Shown: positions 51,851-64,000 of the stretch, piece by piece
Numbering within the stretch: the first letter of the stretch is position 1
Layout: each line of letters starts with the position of its first letter
Origin: Octopus vulgaris
Lineage: Eukaryota
Direction of reading: 5' to 3'
Length of the DNA stretch: 64,000 bases
NCBI GenBank assembly: GCA_951406725.2
Contig: OX597822.1
Location: forward strand, 57,846,001-57,910,000
Notes under the pieces: model-generated
The model's database searches: none
Seen by the model: the letters and a program-made list of their open reading frames with translations, nothing else
What the model was told of the DNA's origin: nothing
Position numbers and translations under genes: made by a program

Positions 51851-52299
51851 ACCTAAAAAAAGAAATAGAGAAATGAAAAGGAACATTCCACTCATATTAA
51901 ATAGCTGTATACCTACCTTTGCCCATGTCTGTATAATTATTCTTTCTGCAACAAATAAATTTTGCTTCTTCTAAGTAAACCAATTTATTTCAAAATTTTA
52001 TGAACAAAATGTAAACTTATTCATGAAACTTTGTACTCCATTAAAGTATCATTGTTTTGTCTGAGGCTGAAACACTGGCATCAATTTAATTGACCATACC
52101 TTCAAATTAGTAATCATGTGCCAACACAACAAATCAGTTATTTTAGAACAATAGAGATGGTCTTTTGATACACTCAGGACAAGAGCTATTGTAAAGCTCT
52201 TCTGATACTTAGTTTGAAGTTGTTTGTTTCTGAGATTATATCTCCATTGGAACCTACTTTGTTTTGCCACTCTCCTGGGTAAGGCAGTAAGTTTAGGAT

Positions 52300-52540
52300 T
52301 AATCCACATTACTCCATAAGGAGTATAGGACCGGTTTCCCAGTTTCTTTGGCATATAAATTCCCCGCCTGGATGGGACACTGGGCCATCACAGGATTCTT
52401 CATTTTTACCAGCTGAGTGGACTGGAGCAACATGAAATGAAGTGTTTTGCTCAAGAATACAATGCATTGCCCAGTCCAGGAATCAGAACCACAATCTTGC
52501 AATCATGAGTCCAACACCCTAACCACTAAGCCATGCACCT
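52300..52540 (-). mobile_element. SINE family C
   Basis: Head ggtgcatggcttagtggttagggtgttggactc plus the Meta/MESC-like core. Confidence 0.8.
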
Positions 52541-53911
52541 CCACATGCAGTAAGTAAGTAAATCAATAACAGGATTTGAAATTTTTATGGTAAAATACTG
52601 TTCTTGCTATTATTAACATATAATACAGCTCTCAGTTATTTGTACAGGACAAAGAAGTCTCTGTGCAATCACTCAACCTGCTAGAAATAACGACCAAAAT
52701 ATCCCTCAAATCACACCCTTTTGTCTTTCAAAAGATAAGGTTATATTGGATAATAGTCCTAGATATTCCTAAAATGATTGGGAAGGTTACAGCTGCAATG
52801 TTTTTGATGATATAGAGTTGTTGTATCAGGAGCTAAAAAAAACCAACAACTTTTTTTTTTCTTGCAGAAGGTAGAAATGGGAGGTTAAAATATTCTTGTC
52901 TACTTTGAGGGTATTAGCAATGTAAGTGGATCTCCTGTTGCACTGCAGAATCACAAGCCTGAAGATAAATAGATATATATCACAGGAATGCTGCTGATAA
53001 TGAGTCAATGGTTATGGTAGAATTCACAGATAATATCAGTGTTCAATTACACCTACTGATGTATGATTTCAACAGTTAGCTGTAAGATTTAGCAATCAGA
53101 TCATCAGCAACATCATCATCGTCATCGTCGTCGTCATCATCATCATCATCATCAAAATCATCATATCATCATCAGTAGCTGCAGCAGCTGGTGTTTTAAA
53201 ATCTTTACTTAAAGAAAAAAAAAAAGCTATCGCCACCAACTGATTCAATCACTAGGTTGGTCTGGCATCCATACAGCAGTATACTGCAACCTTGGCAGTA
53301 CACTTTGACCTGGGAAGCATAATGTTATCTTGCCAATGCACTGTGATCTTGGCAATACACTTCAACCTTGGCTAAGATTTTAATCCTAAACATACCAACC
53401 CATCCAACTCCTACAAGTGACCATGAGAAAGTATATTTCATTAGTTTAAATAAAACCAGTTGTATAGTATTTATTTCAAATTGCTGATCAAGTGTGATTA
53501 AGTAGTTATCTTCCCAACCAGTTTAAAGTTCAGTCCCACTGCATGGTACCTTCAGCAAGTGTTTTTTATTACAGTCTTGGGCTGGCCATAGACTTATGAG
53601 TGCATTTGGCGGGCAGAAACTGAAAGAAGCCTATTGTTGGTTTGTTTGTCTGCCTGTCTGTCTGTATGCATGCATGTGTATACAGGGTGGGGCCAAAAGT
53701 CACACATAAAATAAGTTCAATATACTCTGGAATTGTCAAAGACATGCTTCAAATTTCCTAAAATTGAATAAAATAAGTAAACTAATGATGAATACTACAT
53801 ACTTGCACATGATGAATAAAATGAATAACAATAATCCTTTCTACTATAGGCACAAGGCCTGAAATTTTGGGTGAGGGGCTAATCAACTACATCAAGTTCA
53901 GTGCATATTTG

Positions 53912-54265
53912 TTTGTTGGCATCCTTTTGTCTCGGGAGACAATAGAGTTGCACATAAACTAATCCAGTCTGGTTTTTACATTTCATGTCCCCTCCAGTTT
54001 TACACAGGCCTGGGATAGGTGTAAGAAAATCCTGGGTAGCCCAATCATCAGGATTCCTCTCTCAACCTTGCTGATGTAGTCCATAGGAGTCCAGAGCATT
54101 ACGTTTGGCACCAACTTGGTTGCAGGAGCTGCCAAAAGAGTGTCGAACACTAAACTGCCTACAGGGCTCCACTCTGGATTTCTTTGAAGGTTGTCTTCTT
54201 TCTGTAACCCTGGATAGGGGCTCATACCAAGTACTGTCAGCCAGAGCCAGCTGAGCCCGTGTCAG
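53912..54265 (-). mobile_element. Bipartite RTE-derived non-autonomous retroposon (Ceph-domain-like) nested in a family B SINE
   Basis: gagtggagccc...ggcagctcctgcaaccaagttggtgccaaacgt resembles RTE 5' UTRs; 3' end ttgtctcccgagacaaaaggatgcc(aac)n resembles RTE tails; host SINE halves at 53835-53910 and 54266-54393. Confidence 0.55.
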
Positions 54266-54543
54266 GGTACCTATTTTATTGACCTGGAAAGGATGAAAGG
54301 CAAAGTCAATTGTGGCTGAATTTGAACATAAGGATGGACAAAAGGCTGCCAAGCATTTTGCCCAACATGTTACCAATTCTACCAGCTTGCTACCATAATA
54401 ATACTAGAGTAATATAAACAAAGTTATCAAATATTTTGGCGCGTGACTTTTGGCCCACCTTCTGTGTGTGTGTGTGTGTGTGCATGCGTGCATGCGTGCA
54501 TGTGTGTGAGTGAGTGTGTGTGTGCGTGTGCATGCATGCGTGC

Positions 54544-54574
<31 letters not shown>

Positions 54575-54994
54575 TCCGTGTCCTTGTCTTGACATTGTTA
54601 AATGAGCATCAAAGTCACATTAGCAGTGTTATTCACTTCCAATATTCTGCAAGAAATTCTGTATGACCCATAAAAGCATGGCAAAGTAGATATTAAAAAG
54701 AATGACAATGATGATGATCCTTCCATGGATAAAACTTACATCAGATTATCATGTCTGTATTAAGAGGAGAGAGGGTCATGTCACAGACTGATGCGCTTTT
54801 CAGTCTTATTTTGTTTATTTAATGTTCATTTTTCATTGCTATCATCAGTTGGATAAGGAGTTACTTGAAGCATGATTTTTACAGGTGGATAACTTTCCAG
54901 TTGTCAGCCCTTACCTTTTTTTTTTTTCTGCCAAATAAGGGATTCTTTACATTATTTACATTTGACGGATATTTGCCAAAAGAAGTCCATCGTA

Positions 54995-55096
<102 letters not shown>

Positions 55097-55374
55097 TGTG
55101 TGTGTTTGTGTGTCTGTGTTTGTCCCCCCCAACATCACTTGATAACCGATGCTGGTATGTTTATGTCCCCGTAACTTAGTGGTTCGGCGAAAGAGACCGA
55201 TAGAATAAGTACTAGACTTAGAAAGAATAAATCCTGAGATCGATTTGCTCGACTAAGGGTGGTGCTCCAGCATGGCCACAGTCAAATTACTGAAACAAGT
55301 AAAAAAGTAATAATAATTACTATGAAGTTGAATAGCATTACTTTTAATTCTTTAATTTATATACCACCTTACAT

Positions 55375-55460
55375 AGACCAACAGATGTTTCAATTGCACC
55401 GATTAGTAACCATTGCAATTGCAACCCTACTATAAAACTGGTGCAGTTTCTTCAGAGTCT
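55375..55460 (-). ncRNA. Minimal type-I hammerhead ribozyme, core intact
   Basis: Minus strand: agact-CTGAAGA-aactgcacc...ggtgcaatt-GAAAC-atct-GTT-ggtct; 5-bp stem I (one G.U), 9-bp stem II (one mismatch), GUU cleavage triplet. Confidence 0.85.
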
Positions 55461-55641
55461 TTACTTGATATCCTTTGACTTGGCTGTTTAAAGATTTTCT
55501 TTTAGCTACTCTGCATTGTATAATATTGAGCTGTCCATTAAGTTAAGACGCAAACAATCTCCATTTCAATTTCTTATTGGATAATCATTTTTAGTCCATC
55601 ATTTCAAAACCGTGTATAATTTAAATGATAATTATTCATTT

Positions 55642-55925
55642 CTACTTGGCAAATGTGAATTTCCTCATGTGCAAGCATCTTAGCGCTTGTTCTCCTCTTG
55701 TTCCTGTCTAGAATTTACTACAATACCTTTTGATGTGAAAATCCAGTAAAATTCTTCTAAACATATGTCACATCTATTGGTCCCAGGTCTGTATAATTCC
55801 CATTTAATAGTATAGTCTTTGTTACTGTCCTTAAAAGACCAGATTAATTTGCTAAGATTCGTTTGGAACCTTTTATTTTTGTCTTTAAATTAACTCAAAT
55901 GATTTGCCAGGTTACTCTTGAAAAT
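55642..55925 (-). mobile_element. Penelope-like element GIY-YIG endonuclease C-terminal remnant
   Basis: Manual translation: FKSNLANHLS*FKDKNKRFQTNLSKLIWSFKDSNKDYTIKWE..YRPGTNRCDICLEEFYWI...VVNSRQE...CLHMRKFTFAK*; fits the FK....NH / LS..IW / CxxC..E / N.R.E / CxH pattern of PLE endonucleases. Confidence 0.78.
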
Positions 55926-56239
55926 TAATGATGTCCCACCATTATCCTCATCCTCCTCATCATCATCATTTAACCTTTACTTTCTATGCTGGCATGGGCT
56001 GGACAGTTTGACAGGAGTTGGTTAGGTAGAAAATTGCACCAGGCTTCAATATTTGGCATGGTTTTTTTCTGTTGGAAGCCCTTCCTAACACGAACCACCC
56101 TGCAGAATGGACTGGGTGCTTTTTACGTGGTATCAGCACAAGTGAGGTCAATTTTAGAGTAGTTTTTAATAGGTGGATGCCCTTCCAAATACAGTGTAGA
56201 CTGGATGTTTTTCACATGGCACCAGCACACACACACATG

Positions 56240-56273
<34 letters not shown>

Positions 56274-56278
56274 TATAT

Positions 56279-56326
<48 letters not shown>

Positions 56327-56328
<2 letters not shown>

Positions 56329-56580
56329 GTGGCATGCAAAAAATACCATTTGAGCGTGGCCGTTGCCAGTATCACCTGACTGGCCCTCATGCCTGTGGCA
56401 CATAAAAGCACCCACTACACTCTTGGAGTGGTTGGCGTTGGGAAGGGCATCCAGCTGTAGAAACTCTGCCAGATAAGACTGGAGCCTGGTGCAGCTGTCT
56501 GGTTCCCCAGTCCTCAGTCAAATCATCCAACCCATGCTAGCATGGAAAGCGGACATTAAACGATGATGATGATGATGATG
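56327..56580 (+). mobile_element. RTE-LINE 3' tail-derived repeat
   Basis: Family match with (GAT)n tail; an opposite-orientation copy lies at 55955-56225. Confidence 0.8.
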
Positions 56581-56597
56581 ATATATATACAAATACA

Positions 56598-56637
<40 letters not shown>

Positions 56638-56662
56638 AAGAAACGAAAAATAGAGTTTAAAT

Positions 56663-56714
56663 TTGTGACACTTGTTTTGTTAGAAATTATGTAGATTTCC
56701 AAATTCTTCAGGCT
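56663..56714 (-). ncRNA. Decayed minimal hammerhead motif
   Basis: Minus strand: tagc-CTGAAGA-at-ttggaaat(ctacata)atttctaa-c-aAAAC-aagt-GTC-acaa; 8-bp stem II; two deviations (cG>cA) fit CpG decay. Confidence 0.55.
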
Positions 56715-57371
56715 AATTATTTCATATTTCACTGTCTTCTCTGTGATTCTTCTAATCAATTGGTGACATTTTACATGTTGATGTGGCCCACCTCACTTTT
56801 CTCACCTTGTTCCTTCAGAGTCACCCTGACATCTCTTCACTACTGCTTTTTATCTCTTCCCAGCTCCATCCTGATCACCCCAACTCTCTCTTCTAAAACG
56901 TGATTTATCATGTGGCTCCTCTACATCAAGAAAACTATTCTGCTCTGGTCCCTTCTCTTATAATTTAATCTTTCATCTCTCAGGATTCATGGTCTTGCAA
57001 GATGCATGACAACCTCTCTAGTGATGGTAGAGCAGAAATAGCATTCAGTACATGCTGTAAAATGGTTGGCATTAGGAAGAACATCCAGCTGAGGAAACCA
57101 TGCCAAAGTAGACAGTGGAGCTTAATGCAGTCCTTGGATCTATTGGATCCTGTCAAACTGTCCAATTCATGCCAGCATGGGATATGGACATTACATAATG
57201 ATGATGATGATGATAACACAAATGTACACACACACACATATGTGTGTGTGTGTATAAACTATATAGTAGATATGTAAACAGAACAAATTAAGCTGTTTCT
57301 CCATAGATTGAAAACTGACAAACAACCTTAATATGTGCATACAAATGCACGCATGCACACACACACACACA

Positions 57372-57402
<31 letters not shown>

Positions 57403-58216
57403 ACACACACTCTCACACACACGCACACACACACACACATACATAAATATGTATGCTTTACGCATACCAAATTCCACTCACAAATTATTATTGAATCCCA
57501 AGGCAAAGCAAGCATAACCATTCATATGCACTGAGTTTTGAAGAAGATAAACCTTTCACTTCTTTTGTTTTGTAGTTTTTTTATCAAGAAGAGTGTAGCC
57601 CCAGGCTACTTTATGCAATGCATCTTAGGTTCTTTTGTTTTCTTTTTTTTAGGGAGTGAGGTATTTTGGTTTTGTTTTCCAGTCAGTAGGGTCTGGTTTG
57701 AAGAAGATTGGCCTCAGTTTTTCGTATGCTGAGTGACCATATTTAGACTCCTGCATTGGCTCAAGTGCTTTGCAGTAAATGTGAGATATGAAACATCCTC
57801 CACTCATATATGCTATGCATATTGCAAATATTTCAGATCTGGCAGAGCAAACTTAATTAGTTTTTAAGTGGATAGAGAGAAGAGAGAATACAATAAATGG
57901 AGGAATAAGAGATAAAACTTGTAAACAGCTACATATACTCACACACATGTTCATAGCACCATATTCATACTCTCTCTCTCTCTCTCTCACATACTCATAA
58001 ATGTACTCTTTCACACAGTCATACACACACACCCATGTAATGCACTTGTATACATCTCAAACACATCCATGCACATACATTTATATTCATCACACACACA
58101 CACACGCACAGATATTTATACATATTTCTCTCTCACACACACACAAGTACTCCAACAGAAACATATTGTTTTTTTCATATGCATACATGCCGACAAACTT
58201 ACACAATACATCATAC

Positions 58217-58656
58217 ATCATCATCATTGTTTAACGTCTGCCTTCCATGCTGGTATGGGGGCAGATGGTTTGACAGGAGCCTGCCAGGTAGAAGCCTGCA
58301 CCAGACTTCTGTATCTGTTTTGGCAAGGTTTTTATGGTTGGATGCCCTTCCTAACACCAACCACCTAGCAGAGTGGACTGAGGGCTTCTTACGTGGCACA
58401 AGCACAGGCGAGGTCAGTTTTGGCAAGGTTTTTACAGCTGGATGCCCTTCCAAATGCTGGCCACTTTACAGTGCTGACAGAATGCTTTTTAAGTGGCACC
58501 TGCACTGACAGGGTCACTGAGTAACTTGCAAGACAAAAATCTTTTGAGAGGGAAGGGGACATTGGAAGAGGTGATCTTATATCAGATGATAAAAAGTTAT
58601 AGTGAGACAGAGAGACAGAACAGATGTCTTACTGTAGAGGAGGTACAAGATAATCT

Positions 58657-58690
<34 letters not shown>
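58217..58690 (-). mobile_element. RTE-tail-related repeat followed by (GA)n
   Basis: Family match, with an internal duplication of tttggcaaggttttt...ggatgcccttcc. Confidence 0.7.
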
Positions 58691-58695
<5 letters not shown>

Positions 58696-60239
58696 GAGAG
58701 ATCAGGAATGAGGACAGAGACAGACATACTGCTGTAAAGGAGATACATGGCTACCCAACATGAGGGAAGAGCAGGAAAAGGAGAGAGAGAGTGGGAGACA
58801 GCAAGAGAGAGATGATGGCAAAGTGTCAGACATACTCAGAAGGGACAGGGATCAGAATATAAATGGGATGGGCAACTAAAAGAAGAGAGAGAGAGATGGT
58901 GAGAAGTGCCAGGGCATACCCTTGAGGTTCAAAGGTCATAATATAAGTGACAGGACATTCCCAAAGAAGCATGAGTGGAGAGTGGGAAAGGGGAATGCAG
59001 TGAGTTGGGAAAGTCTTAGGGTGGGTGGGGGTCTACCAGATGGCAATGATACAGAGAAACAGGGCAGTGAGGACAGGATTGGAGAGTGAGAGGTGAGCAT
59101 AGTGCACGAAAGAAGAAATGTGTGGAAGAGATGTAGAGATGTAGTTTGGTTTGTTAGGGCAGGATGTGAGGAAAGTTTTCTTGTTATGTGTGGGTGGAAC
59201 ACACAGTGCTTCTAGAATTCAGTTTTGCTGACATGGGCAGGTCTTCTCAAGAACCTCATATCGCCAGACATTTCAGTCCATTGTCATAAGGCCCAACATC
59301 CTAAGATCTTTATCACTTCATCCCACATACACACCCACAGCAAATGCACCTGTATATATAGATATAGCTATACATGTATACGCACACATGAATAACAAGC
59401 ACACATACTTATAGGAAACCAACACACTCACACACTGATTCTTCTCTCTTATACGCACACATAGTACAACAGGACTCTTTGACTAGAACTTCCTCCCTAC
59501 ACTCACACCTCTAACATACATACTCCTCTAACACACTCTTACACTGGCTCTTCCACGTGCATACTCTCATATACACACTCCTCCCTCTATGTGTTCGTCA
59601 TACACTCTCCACGTACATATATACTCATCCCCTGTGCAATCTTTCTAGACACACACATACACACACCTCCCATGAACTCTTCCTCTACTCATGCTCCTCC
59701 CTTACATACATACTCCTCCCTTATACACTCCTCCAACACACACTTTTACACGGACACACCTTACCCCCAACACTCTTCTACATGCTCCTCCCACCAATAT
59801 ATCCTTCCATCCACAAACTGCAGAAATCCTTCAAGAAATATTAATCTTCAGACCAAACTTGATAATCAGAAAAAAAGGACTCTCTTACTCTTTTACTCTT
59901 TTACTTGTTTCAGTCATTTGACTGCGGCCATGCTGGAGCACCGCCTTTAATCGAGCAATTCGATCCCGGGACTGATTTTTTTTTTTATTAAATATGCTAT
60001 CGTTTCAGCAAAGAATGAAAAAGAAATTCCTGTCTGTTTATTTGCACATCCCTTTAATGGAAAAGAGGGAGAGATAAAAAAAAAAAAACCTTTACCGAAA
60101 GCTCTTGGACATTATTAACCCTATATAAATTGCAAATTTTTGTTAAAGCAGACGATAAACGAAATTTTAAAAGTAAAGGGAGATTACTCGATATAGGGTT
60201 ATCGTCCTTGCTTTGTTAGTTTTAAAAATGTATTTTGCG

Positions 60240-60591
60240 AATACTCTGGAGTGCTGCCTCAGTTATGTTTCTGGACTTTCGGTGGGTTTCAAGTCTTTTA
60301 GCATCAGACCCCTCATCCAGTTGACTTAGTCGGGGTTGATCAAGCTCCAGCTTCCATCCCAATAGCAGCAAACTACGAGTCTGCCCTCCTTATCCAAAGC
60401 CACCTAGTGACGTTCTCTGCAGCTTCAGTGATGGAATTTATAGCCTTCCTCTTCGCTGCACCAGTAATTCCAAACGCAGTCAGAGCTTTGCAAAGCGAGC
60501 GCCCCACAAACCCTCGACAGCTCACTTCTATTGCCTCACAACATGTCTGCCAACCCTGATTTTTGCACTGCTCTACAAGCGCCTGGTACTG
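60240..60591 (-). mobile_element. Hero-like (R2-group) non-LTR retrotransposon 3' end
   Basis: QYQALVEQCKNQGWQTCCEAIEVSCRGFVGRSLCKALTAFGITGAAKRKAINSITEAAENVTRWLWIRRADS* (60591-60373) plus a 3' UTR starting tgatcaacccc. Confidence 0.8.
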
Positions 60592-61376
60592 AAATATGAT
60601 ATAATGAACTTATTGTATACAGTGCTCAGGTGCACTATAACTGATCGGAAAAAGTGACCAGAAGTGCTTGAACAGTACATAGAATATATATAGGAAGTGA
60701 ACAGTGAATATGTCATTGATAAAAAAAAATGGGGGTGGGGGAAAATTGGGTGTACCGATTGTGAATTTCAGGATGCATGGAAGTTTTGACAGACGTTATT
60801 GTCACAACAAGCATCCACTCATGCACTTCCTCCATATGTTCCTTTAAGAGTACTGTCAGTTTCCACATGATCACCTGTTTATGTCTTTGCAGAGTGTTGT
60901 CGGTACAGTCTTAGTTTTTTTTTTTGTTTTTTTTTACTCAAGAAGACCTGTCCTCCACAGCAGAAGTGTTAAGGCTACTCCCCTTGGTGAAAAGGATTGG
61001 CCTGCAAGTGTCATGTGCCACATAAAAAGCACTCGTGTTGGTATCATGTAAAAGCACTCATGTGGTGCCATGTTAAAAGCACCCAGCACACACTTTAAAG
61101 TGGTTGGCATTTAGAAGGGCATCAAGCCACAGAAACCAAGCCGAATAAGACTAGAACCTGGTGCAGTTCTCCAGGTTGCCAGCTCTGGTCAAACCACACA
61201 ACACATGCCAGCATGGAAAACAGACATTTAAAGGATGATGATGATGATGAAGTCTGAAAGTCTGTGAGAAAATGTCACAGTTGAGTGATCTACATGCTCA
61301 ATACACATGAGATAGAGTCTCATACATATAATATATTAAGTTGAAGAACTGAAATTCACTCTTAAAAATATCTTTC

Positions 61377-62608
61377 ATCGTCATTGATTAACATGTTTTC
61401 TATGCTGGCATGGGTTGGACGGTTTGACTGAGGTCTGGAGAGACAGTGGCTGACACAGGTTCCAATCTGATCTGGCAAAGTTTCAACAGCTCGATGCCCT
61501 GCCTAACGCCAACCAGTCCGAGAGTGTAGTGGGTGTTTTTTATGGGAACGATCACGTTTGGATGGTGCTTTTTACTTGCCTCCAGCACAGGAGCCTGTCT
61601 AGGGGTGCCAGCATCAGTCATGATCGGTTGGTGCTTTTTACATGCCACCGGCAAAAGAGCCAGTCAGGGGGCACTGGACCCAGCTACGGTATTGGTTTTT
61701 ACTTGACTCAATAGGTCTTCTCAAGCATATCATATCGCCCAACACATCAGATGTATTCCTAACAGGGATGGACATGCATGGCTGTAATCTCCCTTTAGTT
61801 GCTGGGTCTTCTCAATCACAGCATATCTCCAAAGGTCCCAGTCTCCTTTTATTGCCTCTGTGAGGCCCATAGTTCGAAGGTCGTGCTTCACCACCTCATC
61901 CCATGTCTTCCTGGTCTACCTCTTCTACAGTTAGGGAGTGGTACTTTCTCACACAGCTGTCTTCGTTCATATGTAACACATGACCATACCAGTGCAGTCG
62001 CCTCTCTTGCACACCACATTTGATGCTTCTTATGCCAAACTTTTCTGTCAAGGTGCTTACACTGTTGTGTATGCACACTGATATTACACATCCAGCGGAT
62101 CATACTAGCTTCATTTCTTTCAAGCCTACACATGTCCTCAGCATTCATGGCCCATGTTTCACTGCTGTTTAGCATGGAAGTTCATACATATGCATCATAC
62201 AGTCTACCTTTCACACTGAGTGAGAGGCCCATAGTTGAGAACAGAGGTAGGGTTAGGCTTGCCAGCTCCCTGAACTTTGCCCAGGCTATTCTTACTTTAG
62301 TCTCTACACTCTCAGAGCAACTGCCCCCACTACAGCCTTGGTAGCAGAAGCTATTAACTATTTCTAGTTTCTCCCCCTGGCATGTGATGGAATCTGTTTT
62401 CTCTATACCTTCAATGTTTATTGCCCTAGTGCATCTGCCATGGACAAAAACTATTTTCCTGATTAAACTTCCTTTGATATTGCTGCACCTTTTATGTGTC
62501 TATAGCTTACACCGGGTACATTGTATGCAGTTTCTACCCACGCCTTTTCTATCTGAAGTGGGTTGTGATTTGACAGCCTTCCTACTTACTAAGACTTTGG
62601 TTTTGGCT
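61377..62608 (-). mobile_element. RTE LINE 3' portion (RT C-terminus + 3' UTR)
   Basis: Cys/His finger, IAWAKFREL, SSETWAM..LERNEASMIRWMC, RRLHWYGHV; 3' UTR is the (CAT)n-tail family. Confidence 0.92.
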
Positions 62609-62634
62609 AGTATCAGACCAGTTGTACTTTAATT

Positions 62635-62665
<31 letters not shown>

Positions 62666-62747
62666 ATGCATGTGTGTGTGCATGTAGAGGATGATGCAGA
62701 AGTTCCTTTAACATTCAAGTGTTGTATAAAATTTTCATCTTTTTATT

Positions 62748-63040
62748 CTGCAAGATTAGCCTGAGTTTAAGTACCCTATCGCACACCCTCACTACCTCTA
62801 TGACCTTATCCACCCATTTCTCAGCAAGAAGTATGCCCACACCCCCTATTCCATCACTATTACCTTCCCAGAAGAATTTATACCTATGTGCTTTGCCTGT
62901 GAGGACTCTGGCTGAAGCTCCTCTCCATCATACCTCTTGTACACAACATACATCAACACATCTCCATTCAAGCATCTCTGCAATCTTGCTAGACCTACCT
63001 TTCAATGTGCCCACATTTAGAGTGCCAACTCTGAAAACTG
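62748..63040 (-). mobile_element. RTE LINE AP-endonuclease N-terminus
   Basis: FRVGTLNVGTLKGRSSKIAEMLEWRCVDVCCVQEV*WRG...GGVGILLAEKWVDKVIEVVRVCDRVLKLRL. Confidence 0.9.
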
Positions 63041-63479
63041 GGAAAGAGATATGGGAGATAACACAGAAGGAGGAATGTTATTCAGTACCTGAAAAGAAGG
63101 TTCCTATGAACATTTGGTAACAGGCGTCATAATAGTTTGCTTTTAACCTACAGTTATTCAAACATGTTAGAGTAGTTAAGGTTGTTACCTCTACTGGTGG
63201 GGGGTTGATGACCACTATTATCATATTAACTTGTTTGTTGTTTTTAGAGGCGTCTTTAAACACCTCTGAAAGAAATTATTTGTTTTCTAATTTTAAGGTA
63301 ATTTCAGTTAATCAGTTTTTCAACTCACGACATAATTATTTTTTTCACATTTGAATTGTTAAAATATCTACATCTGTATCCATGTGTGTGTGTGTGTTTA
63401 TGTATGTGCTCATGCATGCATGCACACATGTGTGTATGTTTGTTCTGTTTCTCTTTTTAACTTGAAGTTAATTTCCACC

Positions 63480-63968
63480 AGCCACCCGCTTAGTAGCAAG
63501 GTTGTGAAGAAAAGCATCTTCTTTTGTACATCATCCTTTAAATGTTAAGAAGGTCTAGCAGATTTTTATTGTTCTATATATCATGACCATTCATAGTATA
63601 TGAATTAAGGAGTTACATTCTCTCCTTAAGAACTGAAGTTCAGCCATATTTTGTTCCTGGCAGAATTGTACGCATCCTGTTAAACCAATAATAGGTATGA
63701 CGCTGAAAGTGTATTTTGGATAATGGAATTGCAAATGCCTTATCAACAGTCCATAGATGTCTTCTTCCTGCTGTATTTTTCTGACAACATTAGTGTCCAG
63801 AGGGTAGCTGATTTCCTTAGAACGTAGCTTTTCCTTTGTGATCCCACACAATAGTATCAGACCAGTTTTACTTTAATTTGTGTGTGTATGTGTGTGTGTG
63901 CATAGAGAGGATGATGCAGAAGTCCCTTTAGCATTCAAAATGATGTATAAAATCTTCATCTTTTTATT
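63480..63968 (-). mobile_element. R4/Dong-like RLE remnant
   Basis: EISYPLDTNVVRKIQQEEDIYGLLIRHLQFHYPKYTFSVIPIIGLTG; homologous to 3005-3400. Confidence 0.75.
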
Positions 63969-64000
63969 TAGTTACAATTTTATTTTTTTGGCAATTACCA

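Noticed and set aside
55461-55640. SECIS element between the PLE ORF and the hammerhead
   Set aside because: The ATGA...AAA spacing is too short and there is no clear NGAN partner by eye; it needs SECISearch on a consensus.
60270-60325. Hammerhead in the Hero 3' UTR (ctgatgc...gaaac)
   Set aside because: The core is CUGAUGC rather than CUGANGA, with no convincing stem II or cleavage triplet.

Overview
AT-rich, microsatellite-dense eukaryotic DNA. The SINE/LINE repertoire is typical of an octopus (coleoid cephalopod); this taxon call is inferred from the repeat families. I can support no intact host protein-coding exon: nearly all track ORFs are microsatellite translations or decayed transposon frames. 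The window is a mosaic of tRNA-derived SINEs, RTE, R4/Dong-like, Hero-like and CR1-like LINE remnants, mariner, maT (DD37D), Tigger/pogo, hAT and piggyBac DNA elements, non-autonomous Helitrons and a 5S rRNA pseudogene. Two CpG-retaining islands (~9.8-14.6 kb and ~27.5-28.4 kb) look like promoters and may hold tiny minus-strand first exons. The most interesting signal is a dispersed set of minimal type-I hammerhead ribozyme motifs (CUGANGA...GAAAC-short or palindromic loop-GUH) in several unrelated short elements, most of them next to (TA)n/(CA)n tracts. One essentially intact hammerhead lies just downstream of a Penelope-like GIY-YIG endonuclease remnant (55.4-55.9 kb). One is in a tandem pseudo-LTR-like unit (41.8-42.6 kb). 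One is fused to a tRNA-like Pol III head inside an inverted-terminus element (8.55-8.86 kb). Coordinates of degenerate repeats are approximate, and all calls were made by eye.
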